Shown one piece after another: positions 10,280 to 20,703 of a stretch of DNA of 64,000 nucleotides. Position numbers and translations under genes: made by a program. Under the pieces are notes generated by a model, which was given only the letters and a program-made list of their open reading frames with translations, had not been told where the DNA came from and searched no databases. Within the stretch, counting starts at the first letter, position 1. Each line of letters begins with the position of its first letter. Source of the DNA: an uncultured delta proteobacterium (lineage in GTDB: Bacteria; Myxococcota; UBA727; VGSZ01); the NCBI GenBank assembly GCA_963775425.1, contig CAVZJB010000003.1:576001-640000 (forward strand). Reading direction: 5' to 3'.

Positions 10280-11410
10280 TCAGGGCAGGGGGACCGCGCC
10301 GCCGTCGTTCCAGCGGAAGTCGCCGGCGGTCTGCAGGTCGTCGGCGCCGAGCCACATGCCCTCGTCGGGGAACAGGCCCGCGGCGACGGAGACCAGGGCG
10401 TCGTGGGAGGCCTGGTGGAAGTCGCGCACGAGGAGCCCGTTCATGGCGGCGCACTTGGCCTGCGCGTCGGCGTAGCTCACGGGCTCCGTGCAGAACGCGT
10501 CGTCGCCGGCGTTGGCGACGTTGACGACGGTGCAGTCCGCGGGGATGGTGCCCGGCGGCCCGTCGACCTCGCAGGCGATCGGCTGCGCGTTGGCGCAGGG
10601 GAGCCCGTTCCAGGTGCCCGTGACGTGGTCGGTGCCGTGGAGCGTGAGACTCACGCAGTCGTTGTTGGGCTCGCCGACGTCCCACGGCGCGAACAGCTCC
10701 ACCGGGATGGGCGAGCCGTCGGCCCACTGCCACACGCCCTCGTGGCCGGCGTCGTTCGCGCCGAGCCACACCTGGGTGCCGCCGACGGCGGCGTTTACGA
10801 GCGCGCTCGTGAGCTGCGTGTTGTCGTCGAGGCTGCGGAGGATGGCGAGCGTGGCGCCGGCGCTGGCGCAGGTGGCCGCCGCGCCGAGGTGGCCGGCGGC
10901 GGGGCACACCGTGCGGGCGACGCCGCCGATGGTGCCGAGGGAGGTGCAGCCCCCGGGGAGCTGGGCTGCGCCGGCCGCGTCGCACACGAAGGCGTGCTGG
11001 TCGCTGCAGGAGCTGTCGTTCCACTCGCCGAGCCCGATGTGATCGTTGGCGATGATCTGCAGGGCAAGGCAGTCCTCGGCGCCGGCGGCGTTGTTCGGCT
11101 CGACGGGGCTCCAGTTCTCGAAGGGGGCTGCTTCGCCCTCGCCTTCTCCTTCTCCTTCTCCTTCTCCTTCTCCTTCGCCCTCGCCTTCTCCTTCGCCCTC
11201 GCCTTCGCCTTCTCCTTCGCCCTCGTCGCCTTCTCCTTCGCCCTCGCCCTCGCCGGCGGCGGCCGCGCACACGCCGTCGACGCAGGTGTAGCCGTCGACG
11301 CAGGCGTGGGTGTCGTCACAGCGCTTGTCGTCGAGGGAAAGGTCTTGCGCGCACGCGGCGGCCGCGAGCGCGAGCATCAAGATCGGGAGCCGTCCGTCGA
11401 CGCCGGCCAT
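10280..11410 (-). CDS. Lipoprotein with (GE)n linker and C-type lectin domains
   Basis: LALAAAAC lipobox; small Cys module; EPNN, WLGAND..EG.WQWADG, WND..C motifs. Confidence 0.85.
   Translation of the reverse strand: MAGVDGRLPILMLALAAAACAQDLSLDDKRCDDTHACVDGYTCVDGVCAAAAGEGEGEGEGDEGEGEGEGEGEGEGEGEGEGEGEGEGEGEGEAAPFENWSPVEPNNAAGAEDCLALQIIANDHIGLGEWNDSSCSDQHAFVCDAAGAAQLPGGCTSLGTIGGVARTVCPAAGHLGAAATCASAGATLAILRSLDDNTQLTSALVNAAVGGTQVWLGANDAGHEGVWQWADGSPIPVELFAPWDVGEPNNDCVSLTLHGTDHVTGTWNGLPCANAQPIACEVDGPPGTIPADCTVVNVANAGDDAFCTEPVSYADAQAKCAAMNGLLVRDFHQASHDALVSVAAGLFPDEGMWLGADDLQTAGDFRWNDGGAVPLP
11131..11254 (-). repeat. Gly-Glu dipeptide repeat coding region (about 20 units)
   Basis: Mixed GGAGAA/GGCGAA/GGCGAG hexamers encoding GEGEGE... 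Confidence 0.9.
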
Positions 11411-11465
11411 GCCATGAGCGTACCACGCGGTCCGTCGACATGGGGGCACGCCGTCGATGCGCCGC

Positions 11466-12191
11466 TCAGCGCATCAGCACGAAGGCCGCGACCAGCGCGA
11501 TGGCGACCGCGAAGGCGCGGCGCAGGATGTGCGTGGGGACGCGGCGCGCGAGCGGGGCGCCGAGAAAGCTGCCGGCGACGGCGGCGGCGGTGACGACGGC
11601 GGTGAGGGTGAGGTCCACCGGCGCGCCGGCGTGTCCGAGGAAGCCGGCGAACGAGTTGAGCGCGATGACGACGAGGCTCGTGCCCACCGCCTGGGGCATC
11701 GTGAGCCCGGCGAAGAGCGTGAGGGCCGGGACGATGACGAAGCCGCCGCCCGCGCCCAACAGCCCCGTCACCAGGCCGACCGCGGCGCCGACGAGCAGGA
11801 TGCGCGCGGGGCGCGGCGCCGCGGGGCTGGCGACCGCGCGCCGGCCGCGCCACATGGCGGCCGCGGCGGCGAGCATGAGGACGGCGAAGAGCACCAGCAG
11901 CGCGCGTCCGGGGATGAGCGCCGACAGCCTCCCCCCGGCGAAGGCGCCCGCGGCGCCCGCGCCGGCGAAGGTGAGCGCCACCCGCCAGACGACGTTCTTC
12001 GCCTTCGCGTGTTGCAGCGCCGCCACCGCGCTCGTGACTCCGACGACGATGAGCGAGCTCGCGATGGCGCTCTTGTCGTCGACGCCCAGGGCGTACACGA
12101 GGATGGGGACGGTGAGGATGGAGCCGCCGCCGCCGAGCATCCCCAGGCTCACGCCGATGAGGAGGCTCAACAGGACGGCGGCGACCCACAT
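11466..12191 (-). CDS. TauE/SafE-family sulfite exporter
   Basis: GMLGGGGSILTVPIL, TGLLGAGGGFVIVPAL, AVGTSL; multiple TM segments. Confidence 0.92.
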   Translation of the reverse strand: MWVAAVLLSLLIGVSLGMLGGGGSILTVPILVYALGVDDKSAIASSLIVVGVTSAVAALQHAKAKNVVWRVALTFAGAGAAGAFAGGRLSALIPGRALLVLFAVLMLAAAAAMWRGRRAVASPAAPRPARILLVGAAVGLVTGLLGAGGGFVIVPALTLFAGLTMPQAVGTSLVVIALNSFAGFLGHAGAPVDLTLTAVVTAAAVAGSFLGAPLARRVPTHILRRAFAVAIALVAAFVLMR

Positions 12192-12192
12192 C

Positions 12193-12396
12193 TCAGCGCT
12201 CGGCCTTCTTGAAGAAGCCGAACAGGCCGCCTCCCTTGCCGCCACCGGCGGCCTTGCCGGCGGGCTCCGCCGTCGCCTTCTCCGCGCAACGGCAGCGGTC
12301 CGCCTGCGCCACGTTTCGCATCACCTGGTCGACGTGGGCGCCGCAGCCCGCCCATGTCGTCTTGCCACACGTCCTGCACGCAACCGCTCGACACAT
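12193..12396 (-). CDS. Small Cys-rich protein (67 aa)
   Basis: Strong SD GAAGGAGGA; MCRAVACRTCGKTTWAGCGAHVDQVM...RCRC; stop 1 nt before the tauE start. Confidence 0.85.
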   Translation of the reverse strand: MCRAVACRTCGKTTWAGCGAHVDQVMRNVAQADRCRCAEKATAEPAGKAAGGGKGGGLFGFFKKAER

Positions 12397-12412
12397 CTGG
12401 TCCTCCTTCGCC

Positions 12413-12445
12413 GGTCACCCGGTCATCGTCACGAGCCGGGTGACC
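12413..12445. other. Intercistronic stem-loop
   Basis: GGTCACCCGG-N13-CCGGGTGACC, perfect 10-bp stem between the PDO gene and the small Cys protein. Confidence 0.5.
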
Positions 12446-12464
12446 CCGGCGGATGAAGTCGATC

Positions 12465-13535
12465 TCAAGCGGCGCGCAGGCCGCTCTCGGTCCACGCGAG
12501 CATTCCGCCGCGCATGGACGCCACCTTGTGAAAGCCGAGCGCTTCGAGCTCGAGCGCGGCGCGCCCCGAGCGGCCGCCGGAGCGACACACGATGACGAGG
12601 GGCTCGTCCTTCCGCCACGCCTGTGACGCCTCGGCCACGTGCGCTAGCGGCGCGCTCTCGGCGGCGCCGATCTTTTCGAGCGCGCCGGTGAGCTCGTGGA
12701 GCTCACGCACGTCGACGAGGCGGAACGCCTTGAGGTTCTGCGCCACCCACGCGGGCGTCACCTCGGGCACGCCGGTGGCGGTGCGCTCCACCGGGGCCCA
12801 CGGCGCCGGCGCCGCGCCGGCGGGCAGGACGTCGTCGTCGTCGAGGCCGCAGCGGCGGTTCGAGGGGACGGCGACCGCGATCTTCTTCGGCGGCGCGAGC
12901 TTGAGCTCGCTCATGATGCGCACGAACTCGTCTTCGGTCTTCCCGGCGAGGCGCGGGTTGAACGCGCGCTCTTCGGCGACGGTGGTGACCGTGCGGCCCT
13001 TGTAGTCGTGCCCCGGGTAGAGCTTGGCGTCGTCGGGGAGCGTGAAGATCTTCTCGGTGACGGAGCGGAAGAGCTTCCTCGCGTCACCCTGTTGGAAGTC
13101 CGTGCGCCCGCAGCCGCGGATGAGCAGGGCGTCTCCGGTGAAGGCCATGGTGCTGTCGTCGAGAACGTAGGTCACGCAGCCGTCGGTGTGCCCGGGCGTC
13201 GCGCGCACCTCGAGGGCGTGCTTGCCGAAGCGGACGGCGTCGCCGTCGTCGACGCGGACGTCGGCGCAGTCGGCGCCGGCGCGCGCGGAGACCACCGTCT
13301 TTGCGCCCGTGCGCCGGCGGATCTCGCCGGAGCCGGTGACGTGATCGGCGTGCACGTGCGTGTCGAGCACGTGGGTGAGCGTGAGGCCGAGCTCCTCGAC
13401 GAGCTTGAGATCGCGGTCCACCGTCTCCTTGACCGGATCGATGAGCACCGCCTCCTTGGTCTCGCCGTCGGCGAGCAGGTACGTGTAGGTGGAGGACTCG
13501 GGCTCGAAGAGCTGGCGGAAGATCGCTTGGGTCAT
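12465..13535 (-). CDS. Persulfide dioxygenase (ETHE1-like MBL fold) - rhodanese fusion
   Basis: [52 protein letters not shown]; C-terminal rhodanese with CRSGGRS. Confidence 0.93.
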   Translation of the reverse strand: MTQAIFRQLFEPESSTYTYLLADGETKEAVLIDPVKETVDRDLKLVEELGLTLTHVLDTHVHADHVTGSGEIRRRTGAKTVVSARAGADCADVRVDDGDAVRFGKHALEVRATPGHTDGCVTYVLDDSTMAFTGDALLIRGCGRTDFQQGDARKLFRSVTEKIFTLPDDAKLYPGHDYKGRTVTTVAEERAFNPRLAGKTEDEFVRIMSELKLAPPKKIAVAVPSNRRCGLDDDDVLPAGAAPAPWAPVERTATGVPEVTPAWVAQNLKAFRLVDVRELHELTGALEKIGAAESAPLAHVAEASQAWRKDEPLVIVCRSGGRSGRAALELEALGFHKVASMRGGMLAWTESGLRAA

Positions 13536-13577
13536 GGCGTGCCCCGTTTCGTCTATTTCTCGTTCCTTCGCAACATG

Positions 13578-13593
13578 TGCACACCGCGGGCCA
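13578..13593 (-). promoter_or_regulatory. Putative sigma54 promoter of the persulfide operon
   Basis: Minus strand TGGCCC-GCGGT-GTGCA, about 40 bp upstream of ATG 13535. Confidence 0.75.
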
Positions 13594-13646
13594 ACGACTA
13601 GTTGGGCAAGATCTCGAGGAGGATGGCGCTCGCGGCGGCCCGGCCT

Positions 13647-13703
13647 TGTTTCATGTCTCGTGTTTCGCTAGAGTGCGAGATGGCCATGGTGAAACATGAA
13701 ACA
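13647..13703. promoter_or_regulatory. Putative EBP binding array (TGTTTCA-type heptamers, 3 direct + 2 inverted)
   Basis: TGTTTCA-TGTCTCG-TGTTTCG at 13647-13667 and TGAAACA-TGAAACA at 13690-13703; AT-rich within a GC-rich context. Confidence 0.65.
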
Positions 13704-15098
13704 CCCGCCGCGCTGCAGGCGTGGCTCGACACCGTGGGGGCGGCGCCGGCCTTCGGCGCGCTCCTGGGCGCCGTGCCGCACGCGGCGGTGTTCGCCGTGG
13801 ACCACGAGCGGCGCGTGGTCGCCTGGTCCCCGGGCGCCGAGGAGCTCCTCGGCTACCGCGCCGGCGAGATGATCGGCGAGGACTGCCGCAAGGGGAACCG
13901 CTGCACGAGCTGCATGAAGGGCTGCGGCGTCCAGGAGCACGGCACGCTCACCGCCATCCCGCTCGCGATGTATCGGAAGGACGGCTCGCTGGTGCGCGTG
14001 GACAAGTACGCGCGCGCCCTCCGCGACGGCGACGGGCGGTTCCTCGGCGCCGTCGAGGTGCTCGTGCCACGGGTGGAGCAGGCGCGGGCGGGGGCGCTCC
14101 CCATCATCGACGACGGCGGCGCGCTCGACGGCGACGCGATCTCCTTCCACGGCATCCTCACGCGCGACCCGGCGATGAAGCGGCTGTTCGACACCGTGAA
14201 GAACGTCGCGCGCACGGACGCGGCCGTGCTCCTGCGCGGGGAGAGCGGCAGCGGCAAGGAGCTGTTCGCGCGCGCCATCCACGACGAGAGCTTGCGCAAA
14301 GAGGGGCCGTACCTCGCCGTCAACTGCGCGGCCATCGCGCCCACGCTCCTCGAAAGCGAGCTGTTCGGCCACGAAAAGGGCGCGTTCACCGGCGCGGTGC
14401 AGGCCCACCAGGGGCTGTTCGAGCGCGCCGGCGGCGGGACGCTGTTCCTCGACGAGGTGGCCGAGCTGCCGTCGCCGCTGCAGGCCAAGCTGTTGCGCGT
14501 GCTCGAGGGAAGGAGCTTCACGCGCGTGGGCGGCACCAGGAGCGTCACCGTCGATGTCCGCGTCATCGCGGCCACGCACCGCTCGCTGCGCAAGGAGGTG
14601 GCGGCGGGGCGGTTTCGCGAGGACCTCATGTATCGTCTGCGCGTGGTCCCGCTCTTCATCCCCCCGCTGCGCGACCGCGACGGCGACGTCGCGCTGCTGC
14701 TCGAGCACTTCCGCGCCGCACACGGCGGCCGCCTGGCGGGCTTCTCGCCCGACGCGCTGCGCGCGCTGCTCGCGTGGCGTTGGCCGGGGAACGTGCGCGA
14801 GGTGAAAAACGTCGTCGAGTACGCCGCCGCCGTCTCCGCGTCCGACGTCGCCGGCCCCGCCGACCTGCCGCCCGAGATCACGGCCCCCGACGCGGCCCCT
14901 GCCGGGCGCAGCCCCGACGCCGCGCCCTCCGGCGGGCGCCCGACGAGCGGCCGGCGCCGGGCAGGGGTGGCGCCCGACGAGGCCGCCCGCGTGCGCCGCG
15001 CCCTCGAGGAGACCGACGGCAACGTCGGCGAGGCCGCGCGCCTGTTGGGCATGAGCCGGCCGACCTTCTGGCGGCGGCGCAAGGCGCTCGGCGTATGA
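13680..15098 (+). CDS. FisR-like sigma54 activator (Cys-rich PAS-like domain - AAA+ - HTH)
   Basis: N-terminal [14 protein letters not shown] cluster; [21 protein letters not shown]; divergent from the PDO operon; start uncertain. Confidence 0.9.
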   Translation: MAMVKHETPAALQAWLDTVGAAPAFGALLGAVPHAAVFAVDHERRVVAWSPGAEELLGYRAGEMIGEDCRKGNRCTSCMKGCGVQEHGTLTAIPLAMYRKDGSLVRVDKYARALRDGDGRFLGAVEVLVPRVEQARAGALPIIDDGGALDGDAISFHGILTRDPAMKRLFDTVKNVARTDAAVLLRGESGSGKELFARAIHDESLRKEGPYLAVNCAAIAPTLLESELFGHEKGAFTGAVQAHQGLFERAGGGTLFLDEVAELPSPLQAKLLRVLEGRSFTRVGGTRSVTVDVRVIAATHRSLRKEVAAGRFREDLMYRLRVVPLFIPPLRDRDGDVALLLEHFRAAHGGRLAGFSPDALRALLAWRWPGNVREVKNVVEYAAAVSASDVAGPADLPPEITAPDAAPAGRSPDAAPSGGRPTSGRRRAGVAPDEAARVRRALEETDGNVGEAARLLGMSRPTFWRRRKALGV

Positions 15099-15994
15099 GC
15101 GGAGCCCCCGAGGAGCGCCACTCGGCGCTCTACCTCAGCGACGCCCGCGACCTGTGGTGGAACGCCGACTTCCTCGCGCTCCTCGCCGCGCGCGCGGGGT
15201 TGTCGAAGGCGCGGCGCGTCCTCGACGTTGGCGCCGGGCTCGGGCACTGGACCCGCACGGTGGCGCGGCTGTCGCCAGGGGCGGAGCTGGTCGGCCTCGA
15301 GCGTGACGCCGGCTGGGTGGAGCAGGCGCGCGCGCCGTCGATGCAGGCGCCCGCGGCGGTGTCGTTCCTCCAGGGCGTCGCCGAGGCCATCCCGTTCGAC
15401 GACGGCGCGTTCGACGTCGTCACCTGCCAGACGCTGCTCATCCACGTGAAGGACCCGCGGGCGGTGGTGCGGGAGATGTTGCGCGTGCTGGCGCCGGGCG
15501 GCCGGCTGCTGCTCGCCGAGCCGAACAACCTCGCGCAGACCGCGGCGCGGCTCGTCGTCGAGCCCGGCTTCGACGTCGACGACCTCCTCGCCACGCTGAA
15601 GCTCGAGGCCCTGTGCGAGAAGGGCAAGCACGCGCTGGGGCTCGGCTACAACTCCATCGGCGAGGGGCTCGCCGGCCTCCTCGATCCCGGTCTCGTCGAC
15701 GACGTGCAGGTGTTCAACAACGACAAGTGCGTGGTGTTCGCGCCCGGCGAGGATCACGCGGCGCGCCCCGAGGTCGTCGACCAGCGCCGCCTGCTCGCCG
15801 CCGGGCCGCTCGGCTGGCCCGAGGACGAGGCGCGCCGCTACTTCGTCGCCGGCGGCGGCGACCCCGCCGACTTCGCGCCCCTGTGCGAACGCGCCCGCCG
15901 CGCCGAGGAGCGCCGGCTGCGAGCGCTCGAGGACGGCGCGCTCGCGACCAACGAGGGCTCGCTGTTCTACGTGCTCGTCGCGCGCAAACGCTGA
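15095..15994 (+). CDS. Class I SAM-dependent methyltransferase
   Basis: ATGA overlap; [27 protein letters not shown]. Confidence 0.88.
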   Translation: MSGAPEERHSALYLSDARDLWWNADFLALLAARAGLSKARRVLDVGAGLGHWTRTVARLSPGAELVGLERDAGWVEQARAPSMQAPAAVSFLQGVAEAIPFDDGAFDVVTCQTLLIHVKDPRAVVREMLRVLAPGGRLLLAEPNNLAQTAARLVVEPGFDVDDLLATLKLEALCEKGKHALGLGYNSIGEGLAGLLDPGLVDDVQVFNNDKCVVFAPGEDHAARPEVVDQRRLLAAGPLGWPEDEARRYFVAGGGDPADFAPLCERARRAEERRLRALEDGALATNEGSLFYVLVARKR

Positions 15995-16059
15995 CGCTGC
16001 GTCGCCCTGCCGCCGCGGCGTCCGTTGCGGCGGGCGCGCGCAGGTGACAAGCACGCGCG

Positions 16060-16656
16060 GTGACGGGTCGCTTCATCGTCCTCGAGGGCGCCGACGGTGT
16101 CGGCACCACCACCCAGATGCGGGCGCTGGCACAGCGGCTGTCGGCCCGCGGGCGGAGCGTGCACACGACGGCGGAGCCGAGCACGGGGCCGGTGGGCCTC
16201 CTCATCCGCGAGCTCCTCAAGACGCGGGCGCACGACGACGCCACCAAGCGGGAGCTGGCGCTGCTGTTCGCGGCCGATCGCCTGCACCACCACGCGCGCG
16301 AGATCGCGCCGCGGCTCGCCGCCGGCGACGACGTCATCAGCGACCGCTACGTGCTGTCGAGCCTGGTCTACCAGTCGCTGGACCTGCCGCTCGAGTGGGT
16401 CCGCGCCCTCAACGCGCACGCGCCGGCGGCGGACGCGACGCTGCTCGTCACGCTCCCGGTCGACGTCGCGCTCGGCCGCCTCGGCGCGCGGTCCGAGCGC
16501 GACCTGTTCGAGACGCGCGCCATCCAGGAGCGCGTGCACGCCCGCTATCAGGAGCTCGCCTGCGAGGTCGCCGCCGCCGTGGTCGACGGCGGCGGGGCCA
16601 TCGACGTCGTCACCGAGCGCCTCCTGCGCGTCCTCGACGGCGCGGGGCTGTGGTGA
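16060..16656 (+). CDS. tmk: Thymidylate kinase
   Basis: FIVLEGADGVGTTTQ, AEPS, LLFAADR, VISDRY..SSLVYQ. Confidence 0.9.
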   Translation: MTGRFIVLEGADGVGTTTQMRALAQRLSARGRSVHTTAEPSTGPVGLLIRELLKTRAHDDATKRELALLFAADRLHHHAREIAPRLAAGDDVISDRYVLSSLVYQSLDLPLEWVRALNAHAPAADATLLVTLPVDVALGRLGARSERDLFETRAIQERVHARYQELACEVAAAVVDGGGAIDVVTERLLRVLDGAGLW

Positions 16657-17528
16657 GCCCCGCCCCGCCGCGGGTGCTCACGTGCGGCGACCGCGCGCTC
16701 GAGATCGGCGCGCGCACCTTCGTGATGGGCGTCGTCAACGTCACGCCGGACTCGTTCTCCGACGGCGGGCTCCACGTGGCGCCCGCCGCCGCCGTCGATC
16801 ATGCCCTCAGGCTCCTCGACGACGGCGCCGACGTCCTCGACATCGGCGGCGAGTCCACCCGGCCGGGGGCCGCCGCCGTCACCGCCGACGAGGAGAGCGC
16901 GCGCGTGCTGCCCGTCGTCGAGGCCCTCGCCGCCCGCGGCGTCACCAACGTCTCCGTCGACACCCGTCGCGCCGCCGTCGCCGCGGCCGCGCTCGACGCG
17001 GGCGCGTCGTGGGTCAACGACGTCAGCGCCCTCGCCGACGACCCCGCCATGCCCGCGGTGGCCGCCCGCGCCGGCGCCGTGGTCCTGATGCACCGCCGCC
17101 CGTTCACCACCACGCCCGGGGCCGCCCCCGGGCGCCACGGCGACGACGCGAGCTACGGCGGCGACGTCGTCGGCGCGGTCCAGAGCTTCCTCGCCGCCCG
17201 CGTGCAGGCCGCGGTCGACGCCGGCGTCGCCCGCGGGCGCATCGTGGTCGACCCCGGCATCGGCTTCGGCAAGTCCGTCGAGGACAACGTCCGCCTCATC
17301 AAGGCCGCCGCGCGCTTGTCGAGCTTCGGCGCCGTCCTCGTGGGGCCTTCGCGCAAGCGCTTCCTGGGGGCGCTCACCGGCGTCGACGACCCCGCCGCCC
17401 GCGACGCCGCCACCCTCGGGGCGGTCGCCGCCGCCGTCTTCCACGGCGCCCACATCGTCCGGGTCCACGACGTGAGGGGTGCCGTTCAGTGCGCCAAGGT
17501 CGTCGACGCCGTCGTGCGCGTCCGTTAG
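16653..17528 (+). CDS. folP: Dihydropteroate synthase
   Basis: GTGA overlap; MGVVNVTPDSFSDGG, DIGGESTRPG, DPGIGFGK, SRKRF, VRVHDV. Confidence 0.95.
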   Translation: MSPAPPRVLTCGDRALEIGARTFVMGVVNVTPDSFSDGGLHVAPAAAVDHALRLLDDGADVLDIGGESTRPGAAAVTADEESARVLPVVEALAARGVTNVSVDTRRAAVAAAALDAGASWVNDVSALADDPAMPAVAARAGAVVLMHRRPFTTTPGAAPGRHGDDASYGGDVVGAVQSFLAARVQAAVDAGVARGRIVVDPGIGFGKSVEDNVRLIKAAARLSSFGAVLVGPSRKRFLGALTGVDDPAARDAATLGAVAAAVFHGAHIVRVHDVRGAVQCAKVVDAVVRVR

Positions 17529-17537
17529 AACCCGCCG

Positions 17538-18236
17538 ATGAGCTTCGCGAAGCCCGGCACCGGCGACACCGACTACGAGCGTTACATCCGCACCCAGGAG
17601 CTGTTGGCGCTCCAGAAGCGGCCGGACCAGCTCGTCAACGACGACGAGCTCTTCTTCCAGTCCATCCACCAGGCGATGGAGATCTGGATGAAGGTGGCCG
17701 CCTTCGAGCTCACCAAGATCACCCGCTACCTCGACGGCGACCGGCTGCCGCGGGCCGCCCACCACCTGCGCCGGCTCGCGTCCATCATCGACTACCTCGG
17801 GGCGGGCCTGCCCATCCTCGAGACGATGACCCAGGCCGACTACCACGAGATCCGCCTCGCGCTCGGCCGCGGCTCCGGCCAGGACTCGCCGGGCTTCAAC
17901 CACCTGCTCGACGAGCTGCCGGCGCTGTGGGCGCCGTTTCAGCGCCTGCTCGACCGCCGTGAGCTCGAGCTCCTGCCGCTGTTCTCGGCGCCGCACGAGC
18001 CCACGCACGACGACGTGTTCCGGGTGGCGCAGGCCCTCATCGACGTCGACAAGGCCTTCCAACACTTCCGCTACGTGCACCTCCAGATGGCGCGCCGCGA
18101 GATCGGCCTGGCGGTGAAGTCCTTGAAGGGCGTGCCCGCGAGGAACCTCGAGCAAGGTGTGTTGAAGGCCGCCTTCCCCGAGCTTTGGAAGGTCATCGAG
18201 GACCTCACCGTATCCACCAATCCTGTGTACGGTTGA
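17538..18236 (+). CDS. Tryptophan 2,3-dioxygenase-family heme enzyme (atypical loop)
   Basis: YERYIRTQELLALQ, DELFFQSIHQAMEIW, GSGQDSPGF, FRYVHLQMARREIG, FPELW. Confidence 0.85.
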   Translation: MSFAKPGTGDTDYERYIRTQELLALQKRPDQLVNDDELFFQSIHQAMEIWMKVAAFELTKITRYLDGDRLPRAAHHLRRLASIIDYLGAGLPILETMTQADYHEIRLALGRGSGQDSPGFNHLLDELPALWAPFQRLLDRRELELLPLFSAPHEPTHDDVFRVAQALIDVDKAFQHFRYVHLQMARREIGLAVKSLKGVPARNLEQGVLKAAFPELWKVIEDLTVSTNPVYG

Positions 18237-18523
18237 GCGCCTTGAAGAAGAAGCGGACGAAGCCAGCGAAAGGCGGCAAGGCCCGCCGGCGCCGCCGCAC
18301 CGCGCCCGGGTCGGGCGCGAGCAAGCGCCCGCGCCGCGCCCCGCGCATCAAGAAGCGCCGCGGCCCCATCCAGCTCCTGCTGCCCTTGCAGATGCCGCTG
18401 GCCCTCGGGGTGTCCGCGTTCGCCGAGCGCCCCGCGCCCCCGGGCTCGTCGCCGCCCGGGGCGCTCGAGGATCCGGCGCCGCCGGCCGCGCCGCTCGGCG
18501 AGCAGCGCGCCCTGTGGGACTGA
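18233..18523 (+). CDS. Small Lys/Arg-rich hypothetical protein
   Basis: TTGA overlap with the TDO stop; fills the gap before the convergent gene; AAG-rich codons. Confidence 0.5.
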   Translation: MSALKKKRTKPAKGGKARRRRRTAPGSGASKRPRRAPRIKKRRGPIQLLLPLQMPLALGVSAFAERPAPPGSSPPGALEDPAPPAAPLGEQRALWD

Positions 18524-18582
18524 CGACGACGTTTTGCCGCGGGGCCGTCGGCACGGGCGCTCACGGCGCCCGGGTCGGCAGC

Positions 18583-20103
<1,521 letters not shown>

Positions 20104-20190
20104 CGCAGCCACCTTCGCATCGAGCTTCGGGATTCGGAAGCGAGCTGGCTCGCGTACCTTTTCGAGGGCGTGTGGTAGCGTCCCCGCCGT

Positions 20191-20703
20191 ATGCGGCTCC
20201 CACGTCGTCATGCTCCCCCTCCCAAGACGCTCGTCGCGCTCGCGATGCTCGTGGGCGCGCTGCCGTTGAGCGGGTCCAACTGTCTCGACGAGGGCGGCGG
20301 CCCGTCGGCGGCGCGACAGCAATGCGAGGCCGTGTGCGACGCCGAGGGGCAGTGCAACGACGCCGACCCGAGCATCGCGCGCAGCAAGGCCGCGTGCCTC
20401 GCGGCGCTGTGCACCGCCGACGGCTTCAACACCGTCCCCGACGGCGACAACTCCCTCGACCTCGCCACCCTCGCCGCCAACGACTGCGAGCGCACCGCCA
20501 CCGACTGCGCCGAGCTGCTGTTGTGCTCGTGCCCGGACTCCTGCGCGCGCACCGACCAGTGCACCGGCGAGCAGACGTCGTCGTGCGTCGACGACTGCGA
20601 GAACGTCCTCGCGCAAGACCCCTCTTTGTACGCGGAGAACAGATGCAAGATGGAGAGCACCTGCGCCGACCTGGCGGCGTGCGGCCAGGCTTCGGGCGAG
20701 TGA
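20191..20703 (+). CDS. Secreted Cys-rich protein
   Basis: Signal peptide; many Cys residues in CxxxC pairs. Confidence 0.7.
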   Translation: MRLPRRHAPPPKTLVALAMLVGALPLSGSNCLDEGGGPSAARQQCEAVCDAEGQCNDADPSIARSKAACLAALCTADGFNTVPDGDNSLDLATLAANDCERTATDCAELLLCSCPDSCARTDQCTGEQTSSCVDDCENVLAQDPSLYAENRCKMESTCADLAACGQASGE

